A program made the translations under genes and the position numbers. 64,000 nt of DNA, taken from the human T2T-CHM13v2.0 reference genome, Homo sapiens. Each line of letters opens with the position of its first letter. Position 1 is the first letter of the stretch. Location: the NCBI RefSeq assembly GCF_009914755.1, contig NC_060934.1; one strand, written 5' to 3'. The notes below the pieces were generated by a model. The model did not search any database and was not told the origin of the DNA. It saw nothing but the letters and a program-made list of their open reading frames with translations. This document shows positions 52,648 to 64,000 of the stretch, in pieces.

Positions 52648-54294
52648 CCCAGGTATAACAAGATGGTCCCCTCATTCTGGCTGCTGGAGATACAAACTGT
52701 TCCCAACCTGAGTCTGCTCCATGAGCTGTCCAGCTCACTCTTTCCAGGGCTCCTTTTCTAGCCTTCTAAGCCTTGGCCCACACACAGGCAGGTGGGGACT
52801 CAGGCAAAGCCTCGGGACCCCTTCCCAGACCTCAAAGCTCCATCCTCCTGGTAAGTCCTGCCTCTCCAGCACTCTGCCCACAGCTACCTACTGCCTCAGC
52901 CCCTCAAGTCCCATCCCTGTTTCCTCGGTTCAGTGAGGTCACTGGGTTCCCTTTAGGTCCTTTGCCTGCCACCTGGCCTACAGCTCAAGATCCTCTAGGC
53001 TGCAAGCTTCAGCAGGTGCAGGACTCGCCTCCTCTGCTCCTGTCTCTCACAGACCACTGCCCTGCACTGTCCTGCATTGCCCACTGCCCACTGCCCGGTG
53101 TCTGGAACAGTTGTTTCTTATATGTCATGGGTTTTCTAGTTGTTTGCAGGAAGATGGTGATTCCCTAGTGCTCCATTCTCCCTGAGTAGAAGCAGAGCCC
53201 CTTTCACTATGTTTTTAATTGGCATTTTTTAGCAGCCCATGGGGTCAGACATCTTTATTCTTGTTCGCTGTTCTTCCAGATTTCTCCTGCTCTAAATTTT
53301 GGGCTTTCATCTTTGCTCATTTGTCTACTGGATTACTTCTATTTCTTCTTATTAACTTCTAAAAGTCCCTTATCCATTTTAGTCCCAATTCTTTGTCAGT
53401 TATATGCATTGCAGATGCCCTCTCCCATTCTGTAACTGTGCTGCTAACTATGTTTGGGGTGCTTTTCTTTCTTTGGAAGTATTTTCCTTTCTTCCCTTCT
53501 GTTGGTTTGCATTGTTTGGGTTTGGTGGCTGGTAGAGAGGAATACAGTGAAAGGATTCATCATTTCCTGAATTGTTTGTGCTTTTGCTTTTCCTATCATG
53601 ATGTCATCAAAGCATTCTACCGTATGTTCATCTGAAGTGTTTAATATTTCACTTGTAGCATTTTGTTCTAGAGGAGTTTTTTTTCTGAACAGGGTGAAAT
53701 AAGGATTTACTTTTTCTATATTGTTAACCAATTTAACTTGGACCACTCACCACCTCCTTTCACCCCCTGATGTATAATACCAAGTCCTCACATAAACATA
53801 GGCCAGTTTCTAGTGAATGATGTATGCTTCATGGTCTGTCTGCCAATATATTCATTCTCAACCTGTTTAATCACTGTAGCTTCATCATAAGCTTTAGCTC
53901 TCATAGGTCAAGATATTATGTGCAATTCTTCACAATCATCTTGAGCCTAAAATGTTCAGAGACTGAAAGGCAAGAATAGGCCAAAAAAGATCTAACACCA
54001 GACAAGTTTAAATAAAACTTATATGAAAATTCTAGACATGAAAAAATAGTCATTTAACATACAAATTCGCTAATGAGTAAGGTCATGAACTAGAGATAGC
54101 TGAAGAGAGAATTAATCAGTTTGGTAAGGTACAGCTGAGAAAACCAAAAGGGATAGCACATGCAGATAGAGAGATGGAAAATCTAGAAGAAGTTAATAGG
54201 CATTGGGTCAGGATAAGATGGGCTGACTTCCACTCTCATTCAGTAGAAGTTCTCCACAATGGAAACAAAGAATGCAGACCACAATGCTCAGGGC

Positions 54295-54975
54295 TGCACA
54301 GGTGTATGGAGGCACATGTGTATGGATGCACAGGTGTATGGAGGCACATGTGTATGGATGCACTGGTGTATGGAGGCACATGTGTATGGATGCACTGGTG
54401 TATGGAGGCACAGGTGTATAGATGTACACGTGTATGGAGTAACAGGCGTATGGAAGCACAGGTGTATGGAGTCAAGGTGTATGGAGGCACAGGTGTATGG
54501 AGCCACAGGTGTATAGATTTACAGGTGTTTGGAGGCACAGGTGTATGGAGCCACAGGTGACGCATGAACAGGTGTATAGATGTGCAGGTGTATGGAGGCA
54601 CAGCTGTATGGATGCACAGGTGTATCGAGACACAGGTGATGGATGCACAAGTGTATAGATGTACAGGTGTATGGAGACACAGGCATATAGATGTACAGGT
54701 GTATGGAGACACAGGCATATAAATGTACAGGTGTATGGAGACACAGGCATATAGATGCACAGGTGTATTAATGCACAGGTGTATAGAGGCACAGGTGCAT
54801 GGAGGCACAGGCATATGGATGTATAGGTGTACAGAGGCACAGGTGATGGATGCACAGGTGTATGGATGTACGGGTGTATGGAGGCACAGGCATATGAATG
54901 CACAGGTGTATTATTGCACAGGTGTCTGGAGACACAAGTGTATGGAGCCACAGGTCTATGGATGCACAGGTTTTA
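54295..54975. repeat. Minisatellite, ~16-bp unit CAGGTGTATGGA(G/T)GCA, about 40 copies
   Basis: Directly visible tandem units with variants. Confidence 0.97.
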
Positions 54976-55769
54976 TGACTAGTAGTGATAATAGTTTTCT
55001 TTGTAATTAAAGAAACAAAGTGATGTCCTTCACGGCACAGGCAACATGTGTTCACTGCTCTAGATCATCATTTTCCTTGAGCCACATCCAACACAGGTGC
55101 ATCTTCCCACAGTGCCCTACAAGAGCATTGAGGGGTGTCCTCAGTACCCATAGCACACAAGGGGGTGGTGCTTCCCAAGCTGCTGCCACCCCGGGGTCCC
55201 TAATCTACCTCCGTGTCCCACCACTGCCGGGAAGGTGGTCCAATCCCCCAGTAGACCCTGGATTAGCACAACCTGGATGCAGAGGTGGAGACATTCCAAG
55301 TGGAGATATTCTCTGGAAACAAGGAGGATACCGCCCAGATCCCCACCTATGGGACCTGCACAAAGGGTTTGGTCTGGGGTCAGAGCCTGCGACTGGTCCG
55401 GCACCTGATGCCACTAGGTACTCATGCTCTTCAGGTCTTTCCTCCTCTAAAAGTAGAAAAAAGACCAGACTGTATCAAGGAAAAAAGCATAGGAAGAGAG
55501 GAGGAGAAATGAACTCAATCAGTAGCCGGCAAGGTGCCTGGCACACTGTAAGCACCTGCTATCAGCAAGAAGCAGCAAATCTAAAGGAGAGCAGTGCGAC
55601 CCCCGATGAGGGCAGAGCCCCTCTCCCTGTTGTGCAGACTTTGCATGAGCTATAACAAAAAGCGCCTTACATTTCGGAGTGAGAGGACTAGAGCATGGGC
55701 CTAATCTATTTTTAAAATGAAAACATCATTTTAATGTTGCTATTTTCACAAATAAAACTTGTATTTATG

Positions 55770-56083
<314 letters not shown>

Positions 56084-56278
56084 AAAACTTGTATTTATGG
56101 AAAAGGTGTGCATGCTTTCTCTTTTAAAGATGAAAAATCTCTCTTTCTATTTGTAGAAGCTGTGCACGGGACGCCACCCCGCCGGCTCCTGGAACCCGAC
56201 CGTCCAGAGCGCCTCATTGGACTGCGCTGAGCCCAGTCCACCTGCACCACTGCCGTCCTCCTCGCTCGGCCACCGTTG

Positions 56279-56451
56279 GTTACCATGGGAACCATGACCG
56301 CAGCCAGCCCCCGAGGCGAGAAGGCCTCTTCATCTTGCCACTCGGGTCGGCCTCCCATTTCCATTTCCAGAGAGCTCGCTGTCGGCTGCGGGGGGCTTTC
56401 CATGGCCCTGGTCAGCCCTCCCCACTGGTGGAAACCAGTTTCCATAGCAAC
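56279..56451. promoter_or_regulatory. Pair of RFX X-box motifs in a CpG-enriched patch
   Basis: GTTACCATGGGAAC (56279-56292) and GTTTCCATAGCAAC (56438-56451) fit GTTNCCATRGNAAC; function not shown. Confidence 0.6.
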
Positions 56452-57020
56452 AAGAAGGTGGGCAGAGGGCAGAAGTGGGAGGGGTCTGCAGCCCCAGCCT
56501 AGGATTCGGCCAGGGCTGTACCTGGACCTCAGTGCAGGCTCCAGGGCTGCTCAGGGCCACGTGGACCTCACTGGCAGAAGGCCGCTTGCTCCCTGGGCCG
56601 CCTTCCTCATCCAGAGGCCAACATGTGCGCAGCATGGAGCCCAGCCCGGGAGGTGCCCCCAGCAAGGGCCCAGAGGCCCAGCCTCTCGCAGCCCAGGTGG
56701 TGCAGACCTCCCACAAGCAGGCGACCGTGTCTTGGCAGCCACCCGCGAGCAGGGCCGGCACCCACCCACGCTGCCTGCTCTTCCGAGGCAGGGAGGCGCC
56801 TCTGCACCGGCTCAGCCAGGGAGCCATGGAGCCAGGGGGCCAGGGGGTCAAGGGGCTGAAGGTCGGGGGTTGGGGGGCCAGGAGGCCGGGGACCAGGGGG
56901 CCAGGCCTGGCAGGTGCAGGAACACAGGGAGCCTGGAGAGCAGGAGCCAGCCCTAGCACTGCTTTTGGATCCTCCACAAATCCACTGAGGACTTTCTATA
57001 AAAAATAAAATAAAATCGGT

Positions 57021-57285
57021 GGCCAGGCACAGTGACTCACACCTGTAATCCCAGCAATTTGGGAGGCTGAGGTGGGTAGATCGCTTGAGCCCAGGAGTAT
57101 GAGACCAGACTGGGCAACAGAGCAAGACCCCATCTCCAAAAAAAAAAAAAAAATTAGCCGGGTGTGGTGGCATGCTTGTTTGCACCTTGCACTGAGAGGC
57201 AGTCAGCGCCACTGCACTGCAGCCTGAGAAACAGAGTGAGATACTGTCTCCAAAACATGAATAAGTAAATAAATAAAAATAAAAA
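57021..57285 (+). mobile_element. AluJ-like element with rearranged or deleted right arm
   Basis: GATCGCTTGAGCCCAGGAG left arm; right arm lacks the CCCAGCTACTCGGGAGG...GAGGTTGC block. Confidence 0.9.
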
Positions 57286-58413
57286 CAGAAAAAAAGGAAA
57301 TAATCTCTTCCAGTGAGCAGTTTGCAAACCTGGGGAGATGTAGCCTTCAGAGAGAAGAAAGCAAGCGAGGGGCTGAGTTTGCAAACTGTCCGCAGGGGTC
57401 CCAGTCTGGTCCCTTATGCAAATGGCGGATGTACACTTGCTTCGTTTGATTGGTCAGCGTGTAATGAGTTCCGATTGGTCCAGACGGAGGACAGCCTTTT
57501 GGTCGATTCGGAGACAGGAACAGCCCAGTGAAATCCCAAGGTGACCCTGGCACGTGGGCTTCCTGCACAGTGTAGACCCGGCCTCCAACAAGCAAGCAGC
57601 TGCCTGGCTCTGAGTTCAGGCCCTGTTAGCCCGGGGACCCATCTGGAAGGACTAGCTGTTTCCAGGTTTCAGGTCCCCACAGTGGTCATAGAGCCCAGCC
57701 CAGGTGGGCTGACAGACACTGGAACAGGGAGTCACGAAAGGAGGTGGAGCCACCCTCACCTTGCTCCTGAGCAACTGGCCTGAGCCCAGCGCCCCACGGC
57801 CCACCCGGGCTTCAGGACAAGACGGCTGGGCAGAAGCGGCCATGCCCTGGCCAGTGACCAGCACCTGGGAGACCAACTGTTGGCGGGAGGGCGCTGGCTG
57901 CAGGGTCAGGGGGTCCCAGCACTAGGGCCCAGCGAGGAAGGGGTGGAAAACTGAACCTGGGATAAACAGGAAGTCAGCCTGGGAGGGGCCCGTGGGGCCC
58001 CGAGACCCGACGGCCTGGCGAATGCCCCAGCAGCCCCAGGCCATCGGCCAGTGTTTCCTGCTGCCACCTCTGGCCAGACTACCTGTGGGCCATGGGGTAG
58101 AGATCACCCAGGGCTGAGGTCGGGACTCAGGGGGAACAGCTGCAGACGCCAGGGACCATCTGGTTCACCAGCCAGTTGTGCTCTGCGACATTCAGGAACC
58201 GGAGTAAGCACGCGGCTTAATAATTATGCAGGACAGGTGCCACTGCACAGGCATCTTCCTGCACTTTTCTCCACCATCGCCTGGACGGAGTAGATAGGGT
58301 AGGAGGAGGCAGAGCACCTGGTGGGCAAAAGGGGGTCCCCGAGAAAAAGGGGGTGTTTGAGCAGCCCCCATGCACTCTGCGTGTGCTCCTGGAAGAATAA
58401 AGGAGGCCTTTAT

Positions 58414-60079
58414 TCTCGTTGCAGGCTTTTCACTTCTCAGAGCCCGAGACCCCTCCTGGGAATTTGCCAGGGCCTGATTCCCCAGCAACGTGCCCCAAAG
58501 TCTGACAAACCCAACGCTGCTCTGGGATGTAAGGAAACAGAAGGAAGGGCAGAGAAACAGAGGGTTGCCCCAGTCCTGGGAGTCCTGCAATGCTCTGCCA
58601 CGACCAGTGTTGGTCCGAGGCTGGGTCACTGCACCCTGCCCCGCAAACCCAGGTGGAGGCTGAAGCCCCAGGTGGGAGCCACCTCTGAGCAGGGTGGGGA
58701 GGAGGTGAGCACTGCTGCTCACCCTGCGGCTGAGTGAGAGCCCCAGGACTGCAAAGCTTGGCGGGCCCTTGGGTCATCCGATTCAGAGTGTTCTAAGGTG
58801 TGTCCTGTGGGACAGGTGTCTATAGGATGTTAACGGGTGTAAGCTTAAAAGATGTCTTCTGATCTACTTATTTTTGGGAACCATTGAGTTAAAATGTTTC
58901 TGGGTAGTGCTGAGCACTCAAGAAAGAGTGGTCTTCTCCGTAAATGTGGGTTGTACATTGGATATCAGTTTGTTCATGGACTGCACTACGAGCTGTGCCC
59001 TCTCCTGGTGGAGGGGAAACAAGCTTCCTCTGGCCTGTTTCATAAGGGCACTAATCCCACTCACCGGCGGGTTCTGCCCTCATGAAATAATGACCTCCAA
59101 AGGCCCCACCTCTGAATACTCTCACCTAGGCAATGAGTTTCCTCGGAACACAGCACTGCTAAAGAGAGGAGGCAGGGGGGGGCCTCTGCCAGCTCTGGAC
59201 ACCCTTGAAGGGACAGGAGCGCAGAGTCTAGCAGGAGGCCTTGGAGGACATCAGACCAGCCTGAGGGTCATCAGTGCCAGCACCCAGATGCCCAGACCCC
59301 AGAACTGCAGCAGGGAACACTGTGTCCCCCAAAAGTAGGGCTGGCAGAATTAGGGGTGTGGGGGAGGCACGGTCTGTCTGCAAGATGGATCACAGAGGGG
59401 CCCTGCAGCTGCAGAGGGTGGGGGCACTGGCCTGGCTCTCAGGGAGCCCCATCCCCTCCTCAGCCTTAGGAGCCCCCTGTCTGCGGCTGGGGCAGCAGCC
59501 AGAAAGGGCCTGGTGGCGGTGTGTGGGCGAGCAGGGGTGGGTCCTCCTGGCCTAGTACCTCCATGCCCAGGTGAGTCTCTACCTCTCTGAGCCCTGGGAG
59601 GGTGCCAGCGTTTGGGGGAAGGCTGTGCGTAAATCTCAGCACGGGGTAGTCCCTGTTAGCTCAGGCAATATCCTGCAACCCCTCATAGGACACACCTTAG
59701 AACACTCTGAATCGGATGACCCAAGGGCCTGCCAAGCTTTGCAGTCCTGGGGCTCTCACTCAGCCGCAGGGTGAGCAGCAGTGCTCACCTCCTCCCCACC
59801 CTGCTCAGAGGTGGCTCCCACCTGGGGCTTCAGCCTCCACCTGGGTTTGCGGGGCAGGGTGCAGTGACCCAGCCTCGGACCAACACTGGTCGTGGCAGAG
59901 CATTGCAGGACCCCCAGGACTGGGGCAACCCTCTGTGTCTCTGCCCTTCCTTCTGTTTCCTTACATCCCAGAGCAGCGGTGGGTTTGTCAGACTTTGGGG
60001 CACGTTGCTGGGGAATCTGGCCCTGGCAAATTCCCAGGAGGGGTCTCGGGCTCTGAGAAATGAAAAGCCTGCAACGAGA
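58414..60079. repeat. Inverted repeat: 393-bp arms (58414-58806 and 59687-60079), 880-bp spacer
   Basis: Manual reverse-complement alignment gave 6 substitutions and no indels; mirrored ORFs 58430..58777(-) and 59716..60063(+). Confidence 0.96.
58992..59142 (-). mobile_element. MaLR (MST/MLT1A-like) LTR fragment in the inverted-repeat spacer
   Basis: ATAAGGGCACTAATCCCA...GCCCTCATGA...AAAGGCCCCACCTC. Confidence 0.75.
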
Positions 60080-60239
60080 GCATGTGTTGAGGACAGGAAG
60101 CCAGAGGCTGGGGTCTCCTGAGACACTGGGGCAGGGGATCCTGGAGCGTGCAGGGAGAATCAGCATGGCATCCTCTGAGCTGGGCACACACTGTGCTGGG
60201 AGGGCAGGGGTGCCGCGGGTATTGTTCCTTTAGAGACAC

Positions 60240-60540
60240 AGTGTGAAAGTCTGTGTTTGTGAGCTCATGTGAAAGTGTCTGTGCACATATATGTGTATAT
60301 GTGTTTGTCACTTTTGCACGTGTGCCTACATGTACCTTCGTGCATATGAGTGTGCATGAGTGTGCATGTGTGGGTGTACGTGTGTACGTGCATTTACATC
60401 TCTGTGTGTATAAACATGGGTATGTACGTGTTTTAGTGTAGGCTTGTGTGTGTTGTGGATATTTGTGTGTGCCTGTATGTCTCTGTGCGTGTGGGGCTTG
60501 TACATGGATGTGTGTACCTGTGTGTATGCATATATGTGGA
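60240..60540. repeat. TG-rich low-complexity tract
   Basis: Degenerate (TG/TA)n alternation. Confidence 0.85.
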
Positions 60541-61099
60541 CAGGATCACATCAGAGTTGAGCCATTATTCAGCTCGCAGTCTGTGCAGGTACCTGGCACC
60601 GTCCCTGTCTCCTGGGCTTCAGCTGTAGAATGCCAGCCCTACAGTAGAATGTATCATACAGCATTCTTTATCCATGCTTTTGTGGGTCCTTTATTTTTAA
60701 TTCTTATAGTAAAGGTCACATTTCACAGATTTCGGCTTGTTTGACAACAAACATTAGTCAACATCCTTCAGATGTTTGCAGATTTTGAAGAATTTCTTAT
60801 TTCACCAACATTTTCCAGAGTCTCTGTGTGTACTTTCCCTAGGATTCCTGCAGGGAACCTCACAGGGGTCAGGGATCAGGGCGGCCGACACACGGGCTCC
60901 TATGCATTTCACAGACCTGCAGTGAGGCCGGGAGCTGCGTGGGAAGGCCTTGCCCTGGCCCCTAGTTCACTGCTGACCATACACCTGCCCCAGGGCTGAT
61001 TCATCTGCCCCACCCTGATCACGGCTCAGGACACACACACAGGGCCCTACCCAACAGAGACAGAGGCCAAGGCGCTGCCAGGCTGGGAGCATAGCCTAC

Positions 61100-61147
61100 C
61101 AGCCCCTAGTCGGATGCGGTTCTCTAAGTCCTCAATGAACTTGGTAG
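61100..61147 (-). other. Candidate 48-bp phase 1-1 exon (TKFIEDLENRIRLGA); gene unidentified
   Basis: Acceptor TGTCTGTTTCCCCAG, donor CTG|GTAGGC; only the phase-1 frame is open; no transcript evidence available. Confidence 0.35.
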
Positions 61148-61963
61148 CTGGGGAAACAGACACCAGAAGAAGCTCCACTGCTGTCCTGATCCTGAAGAAG
61201 GATGAGCAAGGACACCTCAGGCAGTGCCACGGGGTCGGAGGTGGCCGCTGCTGGGGGCCTGTAACACCAGGCTCCAGGAGGGGAGACAGCACAGATCATC
61301 TGAGGCTCCCTGCCTGGATTTGTGAGGTCAGCAGCGTTACTGTTGCCCCAGGTCACAGGGGAGGAAGCCGCACCTCACTGAGTCATGCAGCCTGTGAGTG
61401 GGAGAACAGAATTCAAACCCGGCTGGGCTCCATCAGACCCAGGTACGAGGGCTTCCTCGCTGCCTCCCCAGCCTCGTCATGAGCTCATTTTTAGTGAGGC
61501 ATGAAAGCAAGGCCACACCCGGGAACCCAGGGCCCCAGGTCCACGCAGAGACTGCCCTGGCCTGGGGCTTCATCCTGTACCTCACCCCAACTCTGACCCT
61601 CCCAGGAGCTGCTGCCGCCTCGTGCCCACGAAGTTTTGTTCTCCCATCTGCCTTTGAAAAGATGTCATATTTCAGGAGTGTTCTTTTCATTATCACTCGT
61701 CTCCTACAAATAACAATTTCATGTTTTTATGTAATGCTTTCATAGCTCTTAAAAACAGAAAGAGGCACCTTGATGGCAAGGTGGGTGTGTGGCTCTGTTT
61801 CCATTGCACTCCCTGATTAGCAATCAGGGCCTCCAGAGTGGCTTTGATTAAAAGACAAGCGCATAGAAAAAGCTTCCAACTCTCCTCCTCCTAAGGCTAC
61901 CAAACATTCACCAGCAAAGGAAATTGGACTTCCACTCTGACCAAGCTGGTATTGACAGTGCTT

Positions 61964-64000
61964 GGAGAGAGGTGGGGGAGAGAGGTGGGGGAGAGGTGAG
62001 GGGGAGAGGTGGGGGAGAGGTGGGGGAGAGGTGGGGGGAGAGGTGGGGAGAGGTGGGGGGAGAGATGGGGAGAGGTGGGGGCAGAGGTGGGGGAGAGGTG
62101 GGGGAGAGGTGGGGGAGAGGTGGATGGGGAGAGGTGGATGGGGAGAGGTGGGGGAGAGGTGGATGGGGAGAGGTGGATGGGGAGAGGTGGGGGAGAGAGC
62201 TGGGGGGGAGAGGTTGGGGGAGAGGTAGGGGAGAGGTGGGAGGGAGAGGTGGGAGAGAGAGGTGGGAGAGAGGTGGGGGAGAGAGGTGGGGGAGAGAGGT
62301 GGGGGCAGAGGTGGGGAGAGGTGGGGGAGAGAGATGGGAGAGAGGTAGGAGAGAGGTGGGGGAGAGAGGTGGGGGCAGAGGTGGAGAGAGGTGGGGGCAG
62401 AGGTGGGGAGAGGTGGGGGAGAGAGGTGGGGAGAGGTAGGGGGACAGGTAGGTGAGAGGTGGGGGAGAAAGGTGGGAGAGAGGTGGGGGAGAGAGGTGGG
62501 AGAGAGGTGGGGGAGAGAGGTGGGAGAGAGGTGGGGGAGAGAGGTGGGGGCAGAGGTGGGGGAGAGAGGTGGGGGAGAGAGGTAGGGGAGAGAGGTGGGG
62601 GCAGAGGTGGGGAGAGGTGGGGGAGAGAGGTGGGGGGAGGTGGGGGAGGGAGGTGGGGGAGAGAGATGGGAGAGAGGTGGGGGCAGAGGTGGGGGAGAGG
62701 TGGGGGCAGAGGTGGGAGAGAGGTGGGAGAGAGGTGGGGGAGAGGTGGGGGAGAGGTGGGAGAGAGGTGGGAGAGAGGTGGGAGAGAGGTGGGGGAGAGA
62801 GGTGGGGGGAGGTGGGGGAGGGAGGTGGGGGAGAGAGGTGGGAGAGAGGTGGGAGAGAGGTGGGAGAGAGGTGGGGGAGAGAGGTGGGGGGAGGTGGGGG
62901 AGGGAGGTGGGGGAGAGAGGTGGGAGAGAGGTGGGGGAGAGGTGGGGGAGAGGTGGGGGAGAGGTGGGGGAGAGGTGGGGGAGAGAGGTGGGGGGAGGTG
63001 GGGGAGGGAGGTGGGGGAGAGAGATGGAGAGAGGTGGGGGAGAGGTGGGAGAGAGGTGGGAGAGAGGTGGGGGAGAGGTGGGGGAGAGAGGTGGGAGAGA
63101 GGTGGGGGGAGGTGGGGGAGGGAGGTGGGGGAGAGGTGGGGGAGAGAGGTGGGGGAGAGGTGGGGGAGAGGTGGGGGAGAGGTGGGGGAGAGGTGGGAGA
63201 GAGGTTGGGGAGAGAGGTGGGGGGAGGTGGGGGAGGGAGGTGGGGGAGAGAGATGGAGAGAGGTGGGGGAGAGGTGGGAGAGAGGTGGGAGAGAGGTGGG
63301 AGAGAGGTGGGGGAGAGGTGGGGGAGAGAGGTGGGGGGAGGTGGAGGAGGGAGGTGGGGGAGAGAGATGGAGAGAGGTGGGGAAGAGGTGGGGGAGAGGT
63401 GGGGGAGAGGTGGGGGAGAGGTGGGGGGAGGTGGGGGAGAGAGATGGAGAGAGATGGGGGAGAGGTGGGGGAGAGGTGGGGGAGAGGTGGGGGAGAGGTG
63501 GGGGAGAGGTGGGGGAGAGAGATGGAGAGAGGTGGGGGAGAGGTGGGGAAGAGGTGGGGGAGAGGTGGGGGAGAGGTGGGGGAGAGGTGGGGGAGAGGTG
63601 GGGGAGAGAGATGGAGAGAGATGGGGAGAGGTGGGGGAGAGGTGGGGGAGAGGTGGGGGAGAGGTGGGGGAGAGAGATGGAGAGAGGTGGGGGAGAGGTG
63701 GGGGAGAGGTGGGGGAGAGAGATGGAGAGAGGTGGGGGAGAGGTGGGGGAGAGGTGGGGGAGAGGTGGGGGAGAGGTGGGAGAGAGGTGGGAGAGAGGTG
63801 GGGGAGAGAGGTGGGGGGAGGTGGGGGAGGGAGGTGGGGGAGAGAGGTGGGGAAGAGGTGGGGGAGAGGTGGGGGAGAGGTGGGGGAGAGGTGGGGGGAG
63901 GTGGGGGAGAGAGATGGAGAGAGGTGGGGGAGAGGTGGGGGAGAGGTGGGGGAGAGGTGGGGGAGAGGTGGGGGAGAGGTGGGGGAGAGAGGTGGGGGGA
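61964..64000. repeat. G-rich minisatellite, core GGGGGAGAGGT (10-13 bp variants), truncated by the window end
   Basis: More than 2 kb of tandem units; no C on the + strand after 62707. Confidence 0.98.

Noticed and set aside
56276-57212. Overlapping 177-226 aa ORFs
   Set aside because: GC-rich low-complexity translations on both strands, with no homology I can recognise
58430-60063. Duplicated 115-aa ORF as a gene pair, or the arms as transposon terminal repeats
   Set aside because: The ORF identity only reflects the inverted repeat; no flanking TSD and no transposase in the spacer
61924-62585. Gly/Arg/Trp/Glu-rich ORFs
   Set aside because: Translations of the G-rich minisatellite

Overview
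Repeat-rich human genomic DNA; an AluYb8 with its diagnostic 7-bp duplication at 55770-56083 is a human-specific subfamily. I recognise no protein-coding gene, and the supplied ORFs come from Alu, L1, low-complexity or GC-rich sequence. The window holds nine Alus, a roughly 10.6 kb nested L1 block containing a cleanly twin-primed L1PA, an orphan L1PA 5'UTR, several MaLR/ERVL solo LTRs, a Tigger4 fragment, MIR/L2 remnants, several minisatellites and a G-rich tandem array of more than 2 kb that runs off the right end. The most interesting signals are: (1) a 393-bp, about 98.5% identical inverted repeat of apparently non-TE sequence around an 880-bp spacer (58414-60079), carrying a strong splice acceptor and bordered by a palindromic double poly(A) signal; (2) a chain of short phase-1 candidate exons on the minus strand (55-61 kb); (3) two near-perfect RFX X-boxes in a CpG-enriched patch at about 56.3 kb; (4) the solo L1 5'UTR, in which a frameshift yields a 148-codon ORF0-like frame next to an AT-rich block. 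Repeat subfamily names come from remembered consensus sequences and need RepeatMasker/Dfam confirmation; all gene-model and regulatory claims are hypotheses.
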